DNA of 64,000 bases. It comes from an uncultured Acidobacteriaceae bacterium. GTDB lineage: Bacteria; Acidobacteriota; Terriglobia; Terriglobales; Acidobacteriaceae. The stretch is taken from assembly GCA_963844905.1 (NCBI GenBank), contig CAWJQD010000003.1:14785-78784 (forward strand), read 5' to 3'. This document shows positions 28,791-41,492 of this stretch, in pieces (the stretch's first letter is position 1; every line of letters begins with the position of its first letter). The notes beneath the pieces are model-generated. The model was not told where the DNA came from, did not search any database, and saw only the letters and a list, made by a program, of their open reading frames with translations. The position numbers were made by a program, and so were the translations under genes.

Positions 28791-29744
28791 TCTTTGTCCC
28801 CACCGCGACACGCTGAACTGTGCTCCCGCAAACAGAATCAGCCCCGAGACATAAGCCCAGAACAGCAGCCCGACGGAAACGAAAAACGGTCCATACAGCG
28901 ACTGCAAATCCAGGTGCGGCAGCGCCGTCGCAAAGATGAATCGCGCAATCAGCCAGATGATTCCCGTAATAATCGATGTCCGCAGCACCGGCCGCCACGG
29001 CACCTTGCGATTGGGAAGCACGTAGTAGACCGAGAAGAAAAACAGGATCGAGGCAATGCCGGTGGAAGCGGCCAGCCAGAGATGGCTCCAAACATAGTTG
29101 ATTCCCTTGAATACGATGTTCCCTGTGTGATGAAAAAACACCACCGGGAGAAAGCTCTGCGCCGCCACATTTACAACCATGCTGATGACACCCAGTGCTA
29201 CCATCAGCAGCGCCAATCCGACGGCAATTGTCTGGTTGAATAGATAATTCCGGCTCTTGCGCACGCCCCACGCCTGGTTCAGCGCGACTTCCAGCGGCAG
29301 AAAGATGCCCGTGCACGAGATCAGAATCATCACCAGCGAGAAAGCCTGCGCGCCGTGCCGCTTCAATAACGGCGCCACGGCTTCCGCCACAATGGTGCGC
29401 GTCACCCAATCCGATTGTTTGGTGGCCGAGGGCAGATAATAGTTCACCATATCGTTCACCACTCCCACCATGGCTTGCGAGTGGAAGACCGAGAGCGCCA
29501 GCGTGTAGAGAAGGACCACAAACGGAATAAACGAGATGATGGCATTGGCCGCCACGCTGAAAGCAAAGGTGTGCACCTCGCTGTCGAGCAGGTAGGCAAT
29601 CAGCGCGGTGCCCTCTTTTCGCCACAGGTACCACTTCGATTTTGTGACGGGTTCAGCAGGGCCGGTCGCGGCGGCGGCAAGTGCGGCCCCGGCGGTCTGG
29701 ATGTCGGCTGCAACATCGGATGCGGACTTCGATTCATCAGCCAC
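28779..29744 (-). CDS. YihY/virulence factor BrkB family membrane protein
   Basis: ALNQAWGV, YYVLPN and YGPFFVSVGLLFWAYVSGLILFAGA. Confidence 0.88.
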   Translation of the reverse strand: MADESKSASDVAADIQTAGAALAAAATGPAEPVTKSKWYLWRKEGTALIAYLLDSEVHTFAFSVAANAIISFIPFVVLLYTLALSVFHSQAMVGVVNDMVNYYLPSATKQSDWVTRTIVAEAVAPLLKRHGAQAFSLVMILISCTGIFLPLEVALNQAWGVRKSRNYLFNQTIAVGLALLMVALGVISMVVNVAAQSFLPVVFFHHTGNIVFKGINYVWSHLWLAASTGIASILFFFSVYYVLPNRKVPWRPVLRTSIITGIIWLIARFIFATALPHLDLQSLYGPFFVSVGLLFWAYVSGLILFAGAQFSVSRWGQRGRE

Positions 29745-29888
29745 GTGTCAGTCCTTCTTACGGTCAAGAACTCCCTGCGGTTCTGCGCGATGATCCAGTT
29801 GCAGGAAGGTGCTGACTTTCAGGATAGTCGCTCCGGCACATGCGTCGCTGCGACGCCCAGAACGGCGCAATCAGGGGAACGGCCGAAT

Positions 29889-31100
29889 TCATGAGCCATT
29901 CTCGGAGTTCTCCAGTCGCCGCAGCTTTGCCAGCGCCCACCGCGCGCCGGCGCGCAGACCCTCGTCCGCCGCTGAGGCCCACGTTTCGAGCAAGGGCGCA
30001 AACCGCGCCTGCCGGCTGTTGCCCATGGCGATAGCCACGTTGCGCCGCAAGCCCAGGAATCCCGCCCTGCGCACGGGCGACCCGTTGAACTGCTGCTCAA
30101 AGGACTGCTCGTCCAGCGAGCCCAACCATTCCAGCGCGGGATTGACGAGTTCCGCGCGCGCTTCGAGCTCAGCGTCCACAGCGATGGGCGCTTTCCGATT
30201 CCACGGGCACACATCCTGGCAGATGTCGCAGCCGAAGACCTGCCGCCCCATGCCTTCCGCCAACTCCTGCGCGATCGGACCTTTGTGCTCGATGGTCAGG
30301 TACGAGATGCAGCGCGTCGCATCCATCTGGTAGGGCACAACGAGCGCGTTCGTCGGGCAGGCCTCGAGGCAGCGCGTGCAACTGCCGCATCGGTCAGGAA
30401 CTTTCAGCCCCGCTCCGAAGGAAGGCCTGCGGGAATCGTTCGCCGCCGGCTCGCTGACTTGCCGGCCTGCCGACTCGCTCAGCTCCAGCGAAGTCAGCAG
30501 CACCGCCAAAAATCCAAACGACCCCAGCTTGGGATGAATCAGGCACGTGTTCTTCCCCGTCCATCCAACGCCAGCCGCACTAGCCAGCGCCCGTTCCACC
30601 ACCGGCCCGGTGTCAACATACGCGCGCGACTCGAATTCGCCAAGCCTTGCGTGAAGCTCGGCCTCGACGGCGCGAATCCGCTTCAGCAGCACCTTGTGAT
30701 AGTCGCTCGGCCGCCGCTCACCCTTCGCATCTGCCCGGCTCGTCCACGCGTAGCGCGCAATCCATCCTGCGCCCTCTGCCGCCGGCTCCGTCGACCGCGC
30801 CTGCGCGGTGTAGTAATTCGCAAAGCAAACCAGCGCCGAGCGTGCCCACGGAAACAAAACTCCCACGCGCACCCGCGCCAACCGCCCGTCCTCCGTCGTC
30901 CGCTTCAGGTAGCGCATCGTTCCCGCGCGCCCCCTGCCCACCCAATCGCGAAAGCGGCCGGCGTCGCGCGCCTCGTCCGCGTGGGGAAGCGCCACCACGC
31001 CCGCCTCGGCAAAGCCTGCTGCCAGCGCCAAGGCGCGCGCCTGTTCCCGTGTCAGTCGGCCCGCGCGCATAGTGGATGAAACGACCACGGAACTTTCCAT
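29889..31100 (-). CDS. queG: tRNA epoxyqueuosine(34) reductase
   Basis: YVDTGPVVER, CGSCTRCLEACPT, RCISYLTIE and FGCDICQDVCPWN. Confidence 0.95.
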   Translation of the reverse strand: MESSVVVSSTMRAGRLTREQARALALAAGFAEAGVVALPHADEARDAGRFRDWVGRGRAGTMRYLKRTTEDGRLARVRVGVLFPWARSALVCFANYYTAQARSTEPAAEGAGWIARYAWTSRADAKGERRPSDYHKVLLKRIRAVEAELHARLGEFESRAYVDTGPVVERALASAAGVGWTGKNTCLIHPKLGSFGFLAVLLTSLELSESAGRQVSEPAANDSRRPSFGAGLKVPDRCGSCTRCLEACPTNALVVPYQMDATRCISYLTIEHKGPIAQELAEGMGRQVFGCDICQDVCPWNRKAPIAVDAELEARAELVNPALEWLGSLDEQSFEQQFNGSPVRRAGFLGLRRNVAIAMGNSRQARFAPLLETWASAADEGLRAGARWALAKLRRLENSENGS

Positions 31101-31356
31101 GCCTCCCCTGCGTATCGAATACCGTTGTTCATTTGCGGACGCGCAGATCGAAATCGCACACTCGCTGCCGCGTCGGCCGACGGCAAGAGCGCTCAGGCGC
31201 CCTGCAGATTCAGCATATTCCCCAACCGCGGCGCTTTTTTGGTTTGGCCCGCCGCATGCGTATCAGTAAGCCAGGCGAGCCGTAAACCCGCCTGCCAGCA
31301 AGCGCGCTAATGGCGCTTGCAAGGGTTCGCGGATCATCGCGGGCAAGGAGATCCTT

Positions 31357-31701
31357 ATGAACACCAACCCGGTTGAATCAGTCAAAGATGTTGTCCTCAG
31401 GATGAAAGAGCTTGTCAGGGGGGAGGAGCAAGGTTTCCTCGAAGAACTGGCGCCCATGGTTGTCCGCGAGAGCGTGGCGCTCGATTTCGGCTTGGTGGAG
31501 CGCATTGACGCCGCGGGCCTTGCCGCCCTCATCACGCTTTACACCGACGCCTGCAAGGCGGGCCACACCCTCACGGTGTCGCGGCCCTGCCGCCATGTGC
31601 GCGAGATCCTTCACCTTGTCGGCCTCGACCGGATCCTGATGGCGCGGTCCGAGGCCGCATGCGCTTTCGAGAAGATGCAAATGCAGGAATCCGCCGCCTG
31701 A
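31357..31701 (+). CDS. STAS domain protein (anti-sigma factor antagonist-like)
   Basis: VALDFGLVERIDAAGLAALI and VREILHLVGLD pattern. Confidence 0.85.
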   Translation: MNTNPVESVKDVVLRMKELVRGEEQGFLEELAPMVVRESVALDFGLVERIDAAGLAALITLYTDACKAGHTLTVSRPCRHVREILHLVGLDRILMARSEAACAFEKMQMQESAA

Positions 31702-31786
31702 ATCATCTGGCCGCCCGCTCGAGCAAGCCGCAAAAAGCGTAAAATCGTCTCGACTTCTTGAATTGAGGCAGAAATGGACGGGCCTC

Positions 31787-32347
31787 ATGCACACTAGATT
31801 GCTTCTTTCAACCGGATTTTCAATCCTGGCCATAAGCACAACCTATTTAAGCCCAGTCCGAGCGCAAGACGCGAACTCCGCGAAGAGCTTTCTTGCAGAG
31901 GCTTATACACACTACGGCAAAGGCGACAAGGGAGCCGTCCCGAGTGCTTCTAATGCCAACCGGTACATACATTCCTCCCTCCTTGCCTTGATGGATGCCG
32001 ACGAAAAGGCGGTCGGAACGGACGTTCCCATATCAGGGGATGGCGATCTTTTCTGCGACTGCCAGGAGTGGTTTGGAATCTACGACCTGAAAATCGACGT
32101 CAAGATGCTGAGTCCGTGACACGCCGAGGCTGCAGTGTCGTTTGCATTGTCCGGTTCAAAGGATCCAAAAGAGAGGGAGTTCTATTCGAGGTCGCTCCTC
32201 TTCACCCTTGTGGCCGAGAATGGAAAGTGGCGAGTTTACAACATCGTGTCCTACTCGCAGCGGGAGGCCCCATCCGACCTGCGCAAGGATATAGAGAAGG
32301 AAATTTAGGATTATGTTCAGGCGTCGAAAGGCACAGCAGTACATTAA
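31787..32347 (+). pseudogene. DUF3828-like secreted protein interrupted by in-frame stops
   Basis: Signal peptide and DLFCDCQE. The same frame continues past TGA 32117-32119 as HAEAAVSF...FTLVAENGKWRVYNI, then TAG 32306-32308, and ends at TAA 32347. Confidence 0.65.
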
Positions 32348-32657
32348 GTGACCGCGGCGGAGTTGAGGCCTCGCTGGTCATTTTCCGCTCGTGGCGTCTT
32401 GAGATGCGGTACTTTATGTTTGCAAACGGTACAATCGCCTCCCGCCACGCGTGCCGGCTGTGACCAGAAGCACACAAAATGACAGCCCTTAGACGATATT
32501 CCTGTTAACGACTCAAAAAGCCGCAAGACGCGGTCCCGTATCAGGGTCCTCGCACGCTCAGCCTGTTCCTGAACTGTCAATTGGCGCGCAGTGCCTCCGT
32601 TCCGTTACCCTTTTATGTGGACCGTAGTGCGGAATCCAACAATGGAGGCTTTATCCC

Positions 32658-35390
<2,733 letters not shown>

Positions 35391-35412
35391 TCGGAGCCTT
35401 GCTCCAACCACC

Positions 35413-35440
35413 GGGGGCGTCCCCTATTGAGGACGCCCCC
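35413..35440. terminator. GC-rich hairpin after ppdK, likely an intrinsic (possibly bidirectional) terminator
   Basis: gggggcgtcc-cctattga-ggacgccccc forms a 10-bp stem, followed by tctgcttttg. Confidence 0.7.
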
Positions 35441-35464
35441 TCTGCTTTTGCGGGCGACTTGCGG

Positions 35465-35600
35465 TCAAAAGCTACAGCGGTTCCACAATTGCTGTATGCC
35501 GAAGTAACAACAGCTAAGTGGGTTTTTCCTCAAGAAAAACCCACCTTGTGCCACCGCCGGAGACGGCTACAAGTATTGTGGAACCGCTCTAGAAGCTTGA
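35465..35600. ncRNA. Candidate structured ncRNA (rod with central bubble), strand unknown
   Basis: A 14-bp perfect stem (35476-35489/35575-35588) extends inward, then an internal bubble, then an 11-bp apical stem (35518-35528/35534-35544). Confidence 0.35.
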
Positions 35601-35861
35601 GGCTGAATAGAGGGTTGCAGAGGGCGTGACGACGACAGTGCGCCGCCCTATCCTTAAAAAAACAGAGACGCAGTGCCCAGGGCGCTCAAGTGGGGCGGCG
35701 GGCCACACGCGATTCTCTGTCCCTCAAAAAACCTTTCGCATCGACGTCTGCACCTATACTTGAAGTGCGATGCTCTTCGCAGCGAGGTTTCCCCGGAATT
35801 GAAATATTGGGTTGGGGTCAGAGGACTATTTACGCGTTTTTTCGCTTGGCTGGCGCGCCTG

Positions 35862-37247
35862 ATGCCGACGGAGCGGCAGCGGCTGCTGGCGATCACTATC
35901 GTGGCCGGTGCATTATGCGGGACGGCCGCGGTCGCATTTCACATCAGTTGCCAGATTCTGTACAAGTATCTGATCAATCGCGCCACTGCCGCTCCAGGCC
36001 ATAGCTGGATCTGGTGGACGATTTTGACTCCGGCGGTTGGCGGGTTGGTGGCTGGCGTCGGGTTGACGTATTGGGTGCCTGAGGCAGCAGGCAGCGGCAT
36101 TCCCCAGGTGAAGACGGCCTACACTTTCCGATTCGGCGCCGTTTCGATCAAGGAGGCCTTCGGCAAGTTCGTTTTGTGCGCGTTGCAGCTGGGCGCGGGA
36201 GCGTCGCTGGGCGTGGAAGGCCCGACAGTGCAGATCTGCGGTGGCGTGAGCAGTTTTCTGGCGCGCGCGGCCCGGCTGAGTCCCAAGAACCGTAGGCGCA
36301 TGGCCTCGGTCGGGATGGCGGCGGGCATTGCCGCAGCGTTCAATGCGCCGATAGCGGCGGTGACGTTTACGCTCGAGGAACTGATCGGGAGCCTGGACCA
36401 GACGATGCTTTCGGGAGTGATTGTGGCAGCGCCGCTGGCGGCAGTGGTAGAACACAGCATCATGGGCTCGAGCCCCATCTTCTACGTGCCGCGCCTGCAG
36501 ACGTTCACGCTCGGCAATGCTTCGTCGCTGGTGTGGTACGCGCTGCTCGGCCCACCAGCGGCCATCATCTCGGTGGCGTTTACGGATTCGCTGCTCTGGC
36601 TGCGCGCCTGGTTCAAACGTCTGACCAACGTTCCCAAGTGGGTGCATCCGGCCATCGGCGGCGCGGCCGCGGGGAGCTTTGCGGTGGTGGCGATCCTGTT
36701 CTTTCACGTGAACGGGATCGCCGGCAATCCCTATCCCACGCTCACACTGGCGCTGCTCGGCAATCTGCCGGTTATTGCCATGGCGGTATTGTGTGTACTC
36801 AAGCTGGCCGCGACGGTCACGTCTTACTCGAGCGGCGGCTCGGGCGGCATCTTTGCCCCGGCACTGTTTATGGGCGGGATGCTGGGCGGCGCGGTGGGCT
36901 ATCTTGATGTGACGGTGTTTCGCCACCCGGCCGACTCGATCGGGGCCTTTGCTGTGGTGGGCATGGGCGCAGTGTTTGCCGGAATTGTGCGCGCGCCAAT
37001 GACGTCGATCCTGATTATTTTTGAAATGACAGGCGGGTACGGGTTGGTGCTGCCGCTGATGATCGCCAACATGAGCGCCTTTGCGCTGGCGCGCCACTGG
37101 CGGCACACGCCGGTGTACGAGGCGCTGCTGGAACAGGACGGCATTTACCTGGATCGAAGGCACAGGCCGCACGGTCCTGAGGGGCCCACAGCAGCGCCTG
37201 TGGCCGAGCTGCGGGCGGAGGGGACGGTTTCGCGGGCGTTGCCGTGA
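35862..37247 (+). CDS. ClC family chloride channel / H+/Cl- antiporter, no CBS domains (start may lie further upstream)
   Basis: GSGIPQ, GVEGP, FTLEE, GGIFAP and PVYEAL signature motifs. Confidence 0.92.
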   Translation: MPTERQRLLAITIVAGALCGTAAVAFHISCQILYKYLINRATAAPGHSWIWWTILTPAVGGLVAGVGLTYWVPEAAGSGIPQVKTAYTFRFGAVSIKEAFGKFVLCALQLGAGASLGVEGPTVQICGGVSSFLARAARLSPKNRRRMASVGMAAGIAAAFNAPIAAVTFTLEELIGSLDQTMLSGVIVAAPLAAVVEHSIMGSSPIFYVPRLQTFTLGNASSLVWYALLGPPAAIISVAFTDSLLWLRAWFKRLTNVPKWVHPAIGGAAAGSFAVVAILFFHVNGIAGNPYPTLTLALLGNLPVIAMAVLCVLKLAATVTSYSSGGSGGIFAPALFMGGMLGGAVGYLDVTVFRHPADSIGAFAVVGMGAVFAGIVRAPMTSILIIFEMTGGYGLVLPLMIANMSAFALARHWRHTPVYEALLEQDGIYLDRRHRPHGPEGPTAAPVAELRAEGTVSRALP

Positions 37248-37452
37248 AGAATGCAGGTTCCGGCGGAGTGCTGAGACCCTTTCCAGTGTCGTGCTGCCAC
37301 TCGAGCGTTTGCCGCTACGCAGAGATCGAGAATTGGCGAGACCGTCTGCGGGCCGCTGCAAGGGGGCCGTCCAATATCGCGAATGTTTGCAAACGAGTAA
37401 CTGAAGAGTGGGCGACCACCCGGGAGCTACCAACCGAATGGCCGGTATCAAA

Positions 37453-37659
37453 TCATCGCGGGTTGAACACCACGTATCCGGCCAGGTAGCTGATGAAGAT
37501 GCGCATGAAGAGGTTGGTCGGGAACAGCCCGTCTTGGCCGGACTTAACCGTTTCCTGCGCGCTGTTCACCGGCACAGTGAACGCAATTTCTTCCCGGATG
37601 CGCGCTTCAAGAGGGTGATTCACAGGCTCTTGCGTAGGCGTAAATTGCGACGAACTCAC
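37453..37659 (-). CDS. Small hypothetical protein
   Basis: 68-aa ORF with a hydrophobic C-terminus; no recognised motif. Confidence 0.35.
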   Translation of the reverse strand: MSSSQFTPTQEPVNHPLEARIREEIAFTVPVNSAQETVKSGQDGLFPTNLFMRIFISYLAGYVVFNPR

Positions 37660-37809
37660 TCGCGTTGGTAAGAGAGCGGCGTGACCGGTTCCGGCACGTA
37701 ATTTATGGCTCTCAAACCATAGACTCGCCGCATCCGCGGCAAACGCCCGCGGCTTCCCATCGCAGTAATGATGACCAAAAGCCTCGCAGAGCCCTTCCCC
37801 AGAAATCTC

Positions 37810-37940
37810 TCACCCGCCATCCACCTGTGATTGCCCAGAAGGGTGGTGGAGTGATTTCCCGGACCGAGATTTGGTGTCCGTACGAACTCCCAGAAGGCGC
37901 GCGACTTCCTTTGCAGTGAGCGGATGAAGAATTTGCGCCA
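37810..37940 (-). pseudogene. Possible remnant of an excisionase-like HTH gene
   Basis: ATG 37940 gives MAQILHPLTAKEVARLLGVRTDT, and GGWRV appears in another frame. Confidence 0.35.
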
Positions 37941-38328
37941 TCCGGCAGCGCGGAGCTGATGGTTGTCGCTTTCTTTGGGCGACGCGGGTTGGGAGACGTG
38001 TAGCGAGCGATGCCCGTGCGGGCGCGACTCTATCGAGTGCGATCCGCAGATTTTCCTGATCGTGCCAAAGGTGAACGCCGTTGTTTGGCCACCAGACGTG
38101 AAGTTGGGTCGGCCTGCATGCCAGCGACAGCGAAACCTGGCATAGAAACCTGTAGCGCAACTTTGGTCTGGATGCGGGGTCTAAGTCGGGGAATCCGATT
38201 TGGGCGTTGGAAAGCGATGCCAATTCCCCCTTGGCCGTTTTCAACGATCTGGCGGTAGGATGCGGCAGGGCACAGCCGTGAAAACTCTTTGCAACTCGCT
38301 TGCGAAGGCTGTTCGGCCATCGTGATCA

Positions 38329-39597
38329 GTGGGTCTGTCATCTATAGGTTGCGATTGGACCCCTGTGTCACGCAAGCTGCATCCTGTGTCACGGGGGAGA
38401 TTTGTGCTTCTGAACAAGCTTGAATCTGGCTTCTTGCTGTTCCAAACGCAGCAAGGATTAGTTGCCGTTGAACCCTCCTTTTGGCAACGCGTTTATCTGC
38501 TTTGGACCTTCCGCAACTTTCGACAGCTCTCGCTTCCCCTGTTGAACTCGCGCCAGACTGAGCTAATCAACAATCTTTTTCGCCAGCACGCGGCGGTGGT
38601 TTCGCATGAATACGAGCCATCGCTGGAGATCGGCGTAGTTGAGAACTTTGTGCCTCCGGCGATCGAGATCGGCGCTACGCTGGCCGCGAAAACTGACGCT
38701 TCGCCGGCGGTGAAAGCGAAGCTGCCTGAGCAAACGGCCGGACAATATGTCGCGCCGCCGGTAATTCCGATCGCAGCTGCGCCTGCCATGAAGGCCGATG
38801 TGCCGCCGGCCGTGAAAAAGGAAAAAGCAGAAAAGGAAGGCACTGTAATATATCGTGCGGAAATTGCGCCCAAGAATGCTCTGGACCGTTCTTTTGCGCC
38901 GATAATCTCTTGGTTGAGACTTGCATCGCCGAATCTTGCAGCGTCCAATCCGGCAGCGTCTCGACCTCAAGTGTCGAGAATTGTAATTTCCAGGTTTGCA
39001 GCCGCGATCGGCGCGCTGTCGCTGTGCGTGTGTTTCATCGTTGCATTTCATCGAATCGGGGCCGTACCTGGCTCCCAGGCGCACAGTTCGCCCCCGCAGC
39101 TCAACTCGCCGGATTCTCCTTCTGCGCCCGGACCAACTTCCGTCGCCGAGAATCCCGCCACCGTGCCTGAAGTGACTCCTCAGGCCGGCGCTAGCCCGGA
39201 CGCTGCGGTCAAGCCGGCATCGGCGAAGGTAGCATCGTCGATCACTACGACGCACCGGATGATCACACCGGAACGTGCATCTCGCGGAGCTACTGCACGT
39301 GTTGCGTCGAGGTCAAGCGGAGGGTCGCATGCTGCGGCGTTCTCGAGGGTTCCGACGTCGACATCGACTCGCCGAATGACCTTGGCGCCTGGGTCCCGTG
39401 GAGCTATGGCACGTTCCGCGCAGAGTTATTTCGATTTGGCCGACCAACAGATGCACAAGGGCAATTACGCGGCAGCAGCAGCTAACTATAAACGGGCCTG
39501 GCGAATCGAGGAGAATAGCGCCGCCGCCAAGGGCCGCCTGGTGCGCGCTCGCCGGGCGATGCAAGCGGAGAAGGAGAGCATTGCCAATCGAAGATAA
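38329..39597 (+). CDS. Hypothetical membrane-anchored protein with low-complexity linker and C-terminal TPR-like helix pair
   Basis: Single TM (AIGALSLCVCFIVAF), Pro/Ala/Ser-rich linker, and YFDLADQQMHKGNYAAAAANYKRAW; start uncertain. Confidence 0.6.
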   Translation: MGLSSIGCDWTPVSRKLHPVSRGRFVLLNKLESGFLLFQTQQGLVAVEPSFWQRVYLLWTFRNFRQLSLPLLNSRQTELINNLFRQHAAVVSHEYEPSLEIGVVENFVPPAIEIGATLAAKTDASPAVKAKLPEQTAGQYVAPPVIPIAAAPAMKADVPPAVKKEKAEKEGTVIYRAEIAPKNALDRSFAPIISWLRLASPNLAASNPAASRPQVSRIVISRFAAAIGALSLCVCFIVAFHRIGAVPGSQAHSSPPQLNSPDSPSAPGPTSVAENPATVPEVTPQAGASPDAAVKPASAKVASSITTTHRMITPERASRGATARVASRSSGGSHAAAFSRVPTSTSTRRMTLAPGSRGAMARSAQSYFDLADQQMHKGNYAAAAANYKRAWRIEENSAAAKGRLVRARRAMQAEKESIANRR

Positions 39598-39599
39598 AA

Positions 39600-40234
39600 A
39601 TGCGCGCAATGACACTACTAGTCGCCAGCATATTGTTATTAGTAGTGGGAAGTATTGCGGCTCGGACGACAAGGACACAAAATGCTCCCCGGCCGCTTTC
39701 GGCTGCCGACGTTGAACACGGTCTTAAATCCGCAGTGCCAAACGCACGCATGGCTGCGCTGGTAAGACAATGCGGAGTTGATTTCGAGCTGACTGTTGGG
39801 GTCGAGAAGGCGCTTCGAAGTGCGGGAGCCAACGACAACCTTATTCTGCAGATTGGCCGTTCGCAGGGAGTGGTTTGATCAGTGATCCCAGCCCGAGCGA
39901 AGCATATATGCCTTAGCTGAAGGCCTCTGAAATGGGCTCCGCATGGGGAGCACTCAACGTTGTAAGAATGCACGAACGCGGGATCGGTGTTTACAAGAAC
40001 CCGACTGAAGCACTGCGCTTGTACATGAAAGTGGCATCCATCAGCGGTGCGGATTTGCAGGGTCAATGGAGCGATCTTCGCTCTGAGGCCGGCGCCATAG
40101 CCAGCGCGAACTTCCGGATCGCAGACATGTATGCCGACGGCATCGGTGTTCCCCAGGGCTCCCGCGAGGCCGAAAAGTGGTATCAGCGCGGTGTGGATAT
40201 CGAATCCACCGGTGCACGGGCAGGATATCCCTAA
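39600..40234 (+). pseudogene. Degraded Sel1-like repeat secreted protein (two ORF pieces)
   Basis: Signal-peptide ORF 39600-39878, then SEAYMP*LKASEMGSAWGA...ERGIGV.KN.TEALRLY and YADGIGVPQ..REAEKWYQR Sel1 repeats. Confidence 0.55.
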
Positions 40235-40271
40235 GCACTGGACTAGTTGCGTCCCTGGTGGCGCAGTCAGA

Positions 40272-40373
40272 TTCACGGCGCTCACAGAACAGCTCGGTCT
40301 GAAACTTGTGTCTACCAGAGGGCCCGTGGACGCAATCGTCATCGACCATGTAGAGCAGCCGTCGCCGAATTAG
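40272..40373 (+). pseudogene. C-terminal fragment of a TIGR03435/DUF3738 family gene
   Basis: FTALTEQLGLKLVSTRGPVDAIVIDHVEQPSPN* is the characteristic C-terminus of this family; the rest of the gene is absent. Confidence 0.75.
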
Positions 40374-40443
40374 AACTGCGTTTCGATAACGGGTTTCGGC
40401 TTCTGGAGCAAGTGACAAATTCCCGTCGAGCACTGCGGTAGGG

Positions 40444-40499
40444 TTACCGGCAAAGCGGAAGCAACGTAAGCCAAATCACGTTAGGGACGAGTAGGCGAC
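40444..40499 (+). repeat. Direct repeat copy A
   Basis: 48/56 ungapped identity to 55214-55269. Confidence 0.85.
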
Positions 40500-40520
40500 G
40501 ATCCACTCAGAATCGCAGCG

Positions 40521-40745
40521 ATGATACAGACGACGATGTTTTCTGAATATCAACGGATTCGCCTGCGCCGCTCTGTCAGATCGGTGAAATTCGGCACGGA
40601 AGGTGTCATCGTGATGTTCTATGATTTCGCTCACCCCGCAGAGTGTGCAGTGGATTTCTTCAACCAACATGGGCAGACAATCGCGCCCCGTTTGTTTGCC
40701 GGCATTTTGCGCCTGATCGCGCAGTTGCTGATACCGGCAGGATAG
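40521..40745 (+). CDS. Small protein resembling DUF4926
   Basis: MFSEYQRIRL...GTEGVIVMFY...VDFF...GQT pattern. Confidence 0.45.
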   Translation: MIQTTMFSEYQRIRLRRSVRSVKFGTEGVIVMFYDFAHPAECAVDFFNQHGQTIAPRLFAGILRLIAQLLIPAG

Positions 40746-40995
40746 AGGACTGAAAGGGGTGACAAATCCGGGTGGAGGGAAGGCGTATGGGAAATTGCTT
40801 GAAACCAGGTTCATTGGGAATACGCGCTTTCAAATGGAGAGGCCTGCTGCTTCTTTACGCGCCGTTGCAGTGGCGCCGAAGGCCCATCCACTACAAACCT
40901 CCGTGGAACTCAGCTCCAAAGTCTATAATTCCGCCATGCTTGTCAGCCAGGACGGCAATTCAGGTTTGCAGCAAACCCCGCGGAGACAGTGAGAA

Positions 40996-41373
40996 ATGAC
41001 TGAGCAGGCTGCGGCAGCGGCTCAAGGCCGCAAGCTGATCGCGACCAAGGTGCTGCACACTGTCGTATGGGTGGTCCAGGGGGGCGGCATCTTGTCGCTG
41101 CCATTTCTGGCGTGGCGCGGCGCCTTTGGCTGGGCGGCGATGATCACGGTGTTCCTGTTGTCTCATGCAGCCGTGCTCCGGCTAAACGAGCGGCGATGCC
41201 CGTTGACCGACGTGGCAGCGAGATACACGACCGACCGGTCACCGAATTTCGATGCTTACGTGCCAATTTGGCTGGCACGGCACAATCTAGCCATTTTTGC
41301 CCCTCTTTTCGTGGTGAATGAGCTCATTGTGCTCGTGTTCTGGCTGGCCCGCCCGGTAATTTGCGCGAGGTGA
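40996..41373 (+). CDS. Small membrane protein with a CPLT motif (DUF2784-like)
   Basis: Three hydrophobic segments and RCPLT. Confidence 0.65.
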   Translation: MTEQAAAAAQGRKLIATKVLHTVVWVVQGGGILSLPFLAWRGAFGWAAMITVFLLSHAAVLRLNERRCPLTDVAARYTTDRSPNFDAYVPIWLARHNLAIFAPLFVVNELIVLVFWLARPVICAR

Positions 41374-41492
41374 AGAGTCAGTGTGGCGCGGCGATTCCGC
41401 AAATTCGCAATGGACAGAGCCACATTTGCCCGATAAACTGACGCTCAAAGTGCGCCTGACCATCTCCGCAGACGAGGAATCTTCCCAACACG

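Noticed and set aside
32417-32429. 13-mer atgtttgcaaacg repeated near 37383 as a shared operator
   Set aside because: A short palindrome with only two copies and no consistent position relative to gene starts; could be chance.
35600-35860. Fluoride riboswitch upstream of the ClC gene
   Set aside because: No crcB-motif consensus is visible, and the protein has chloride-type GSGIP rather than CLC-F signatures.
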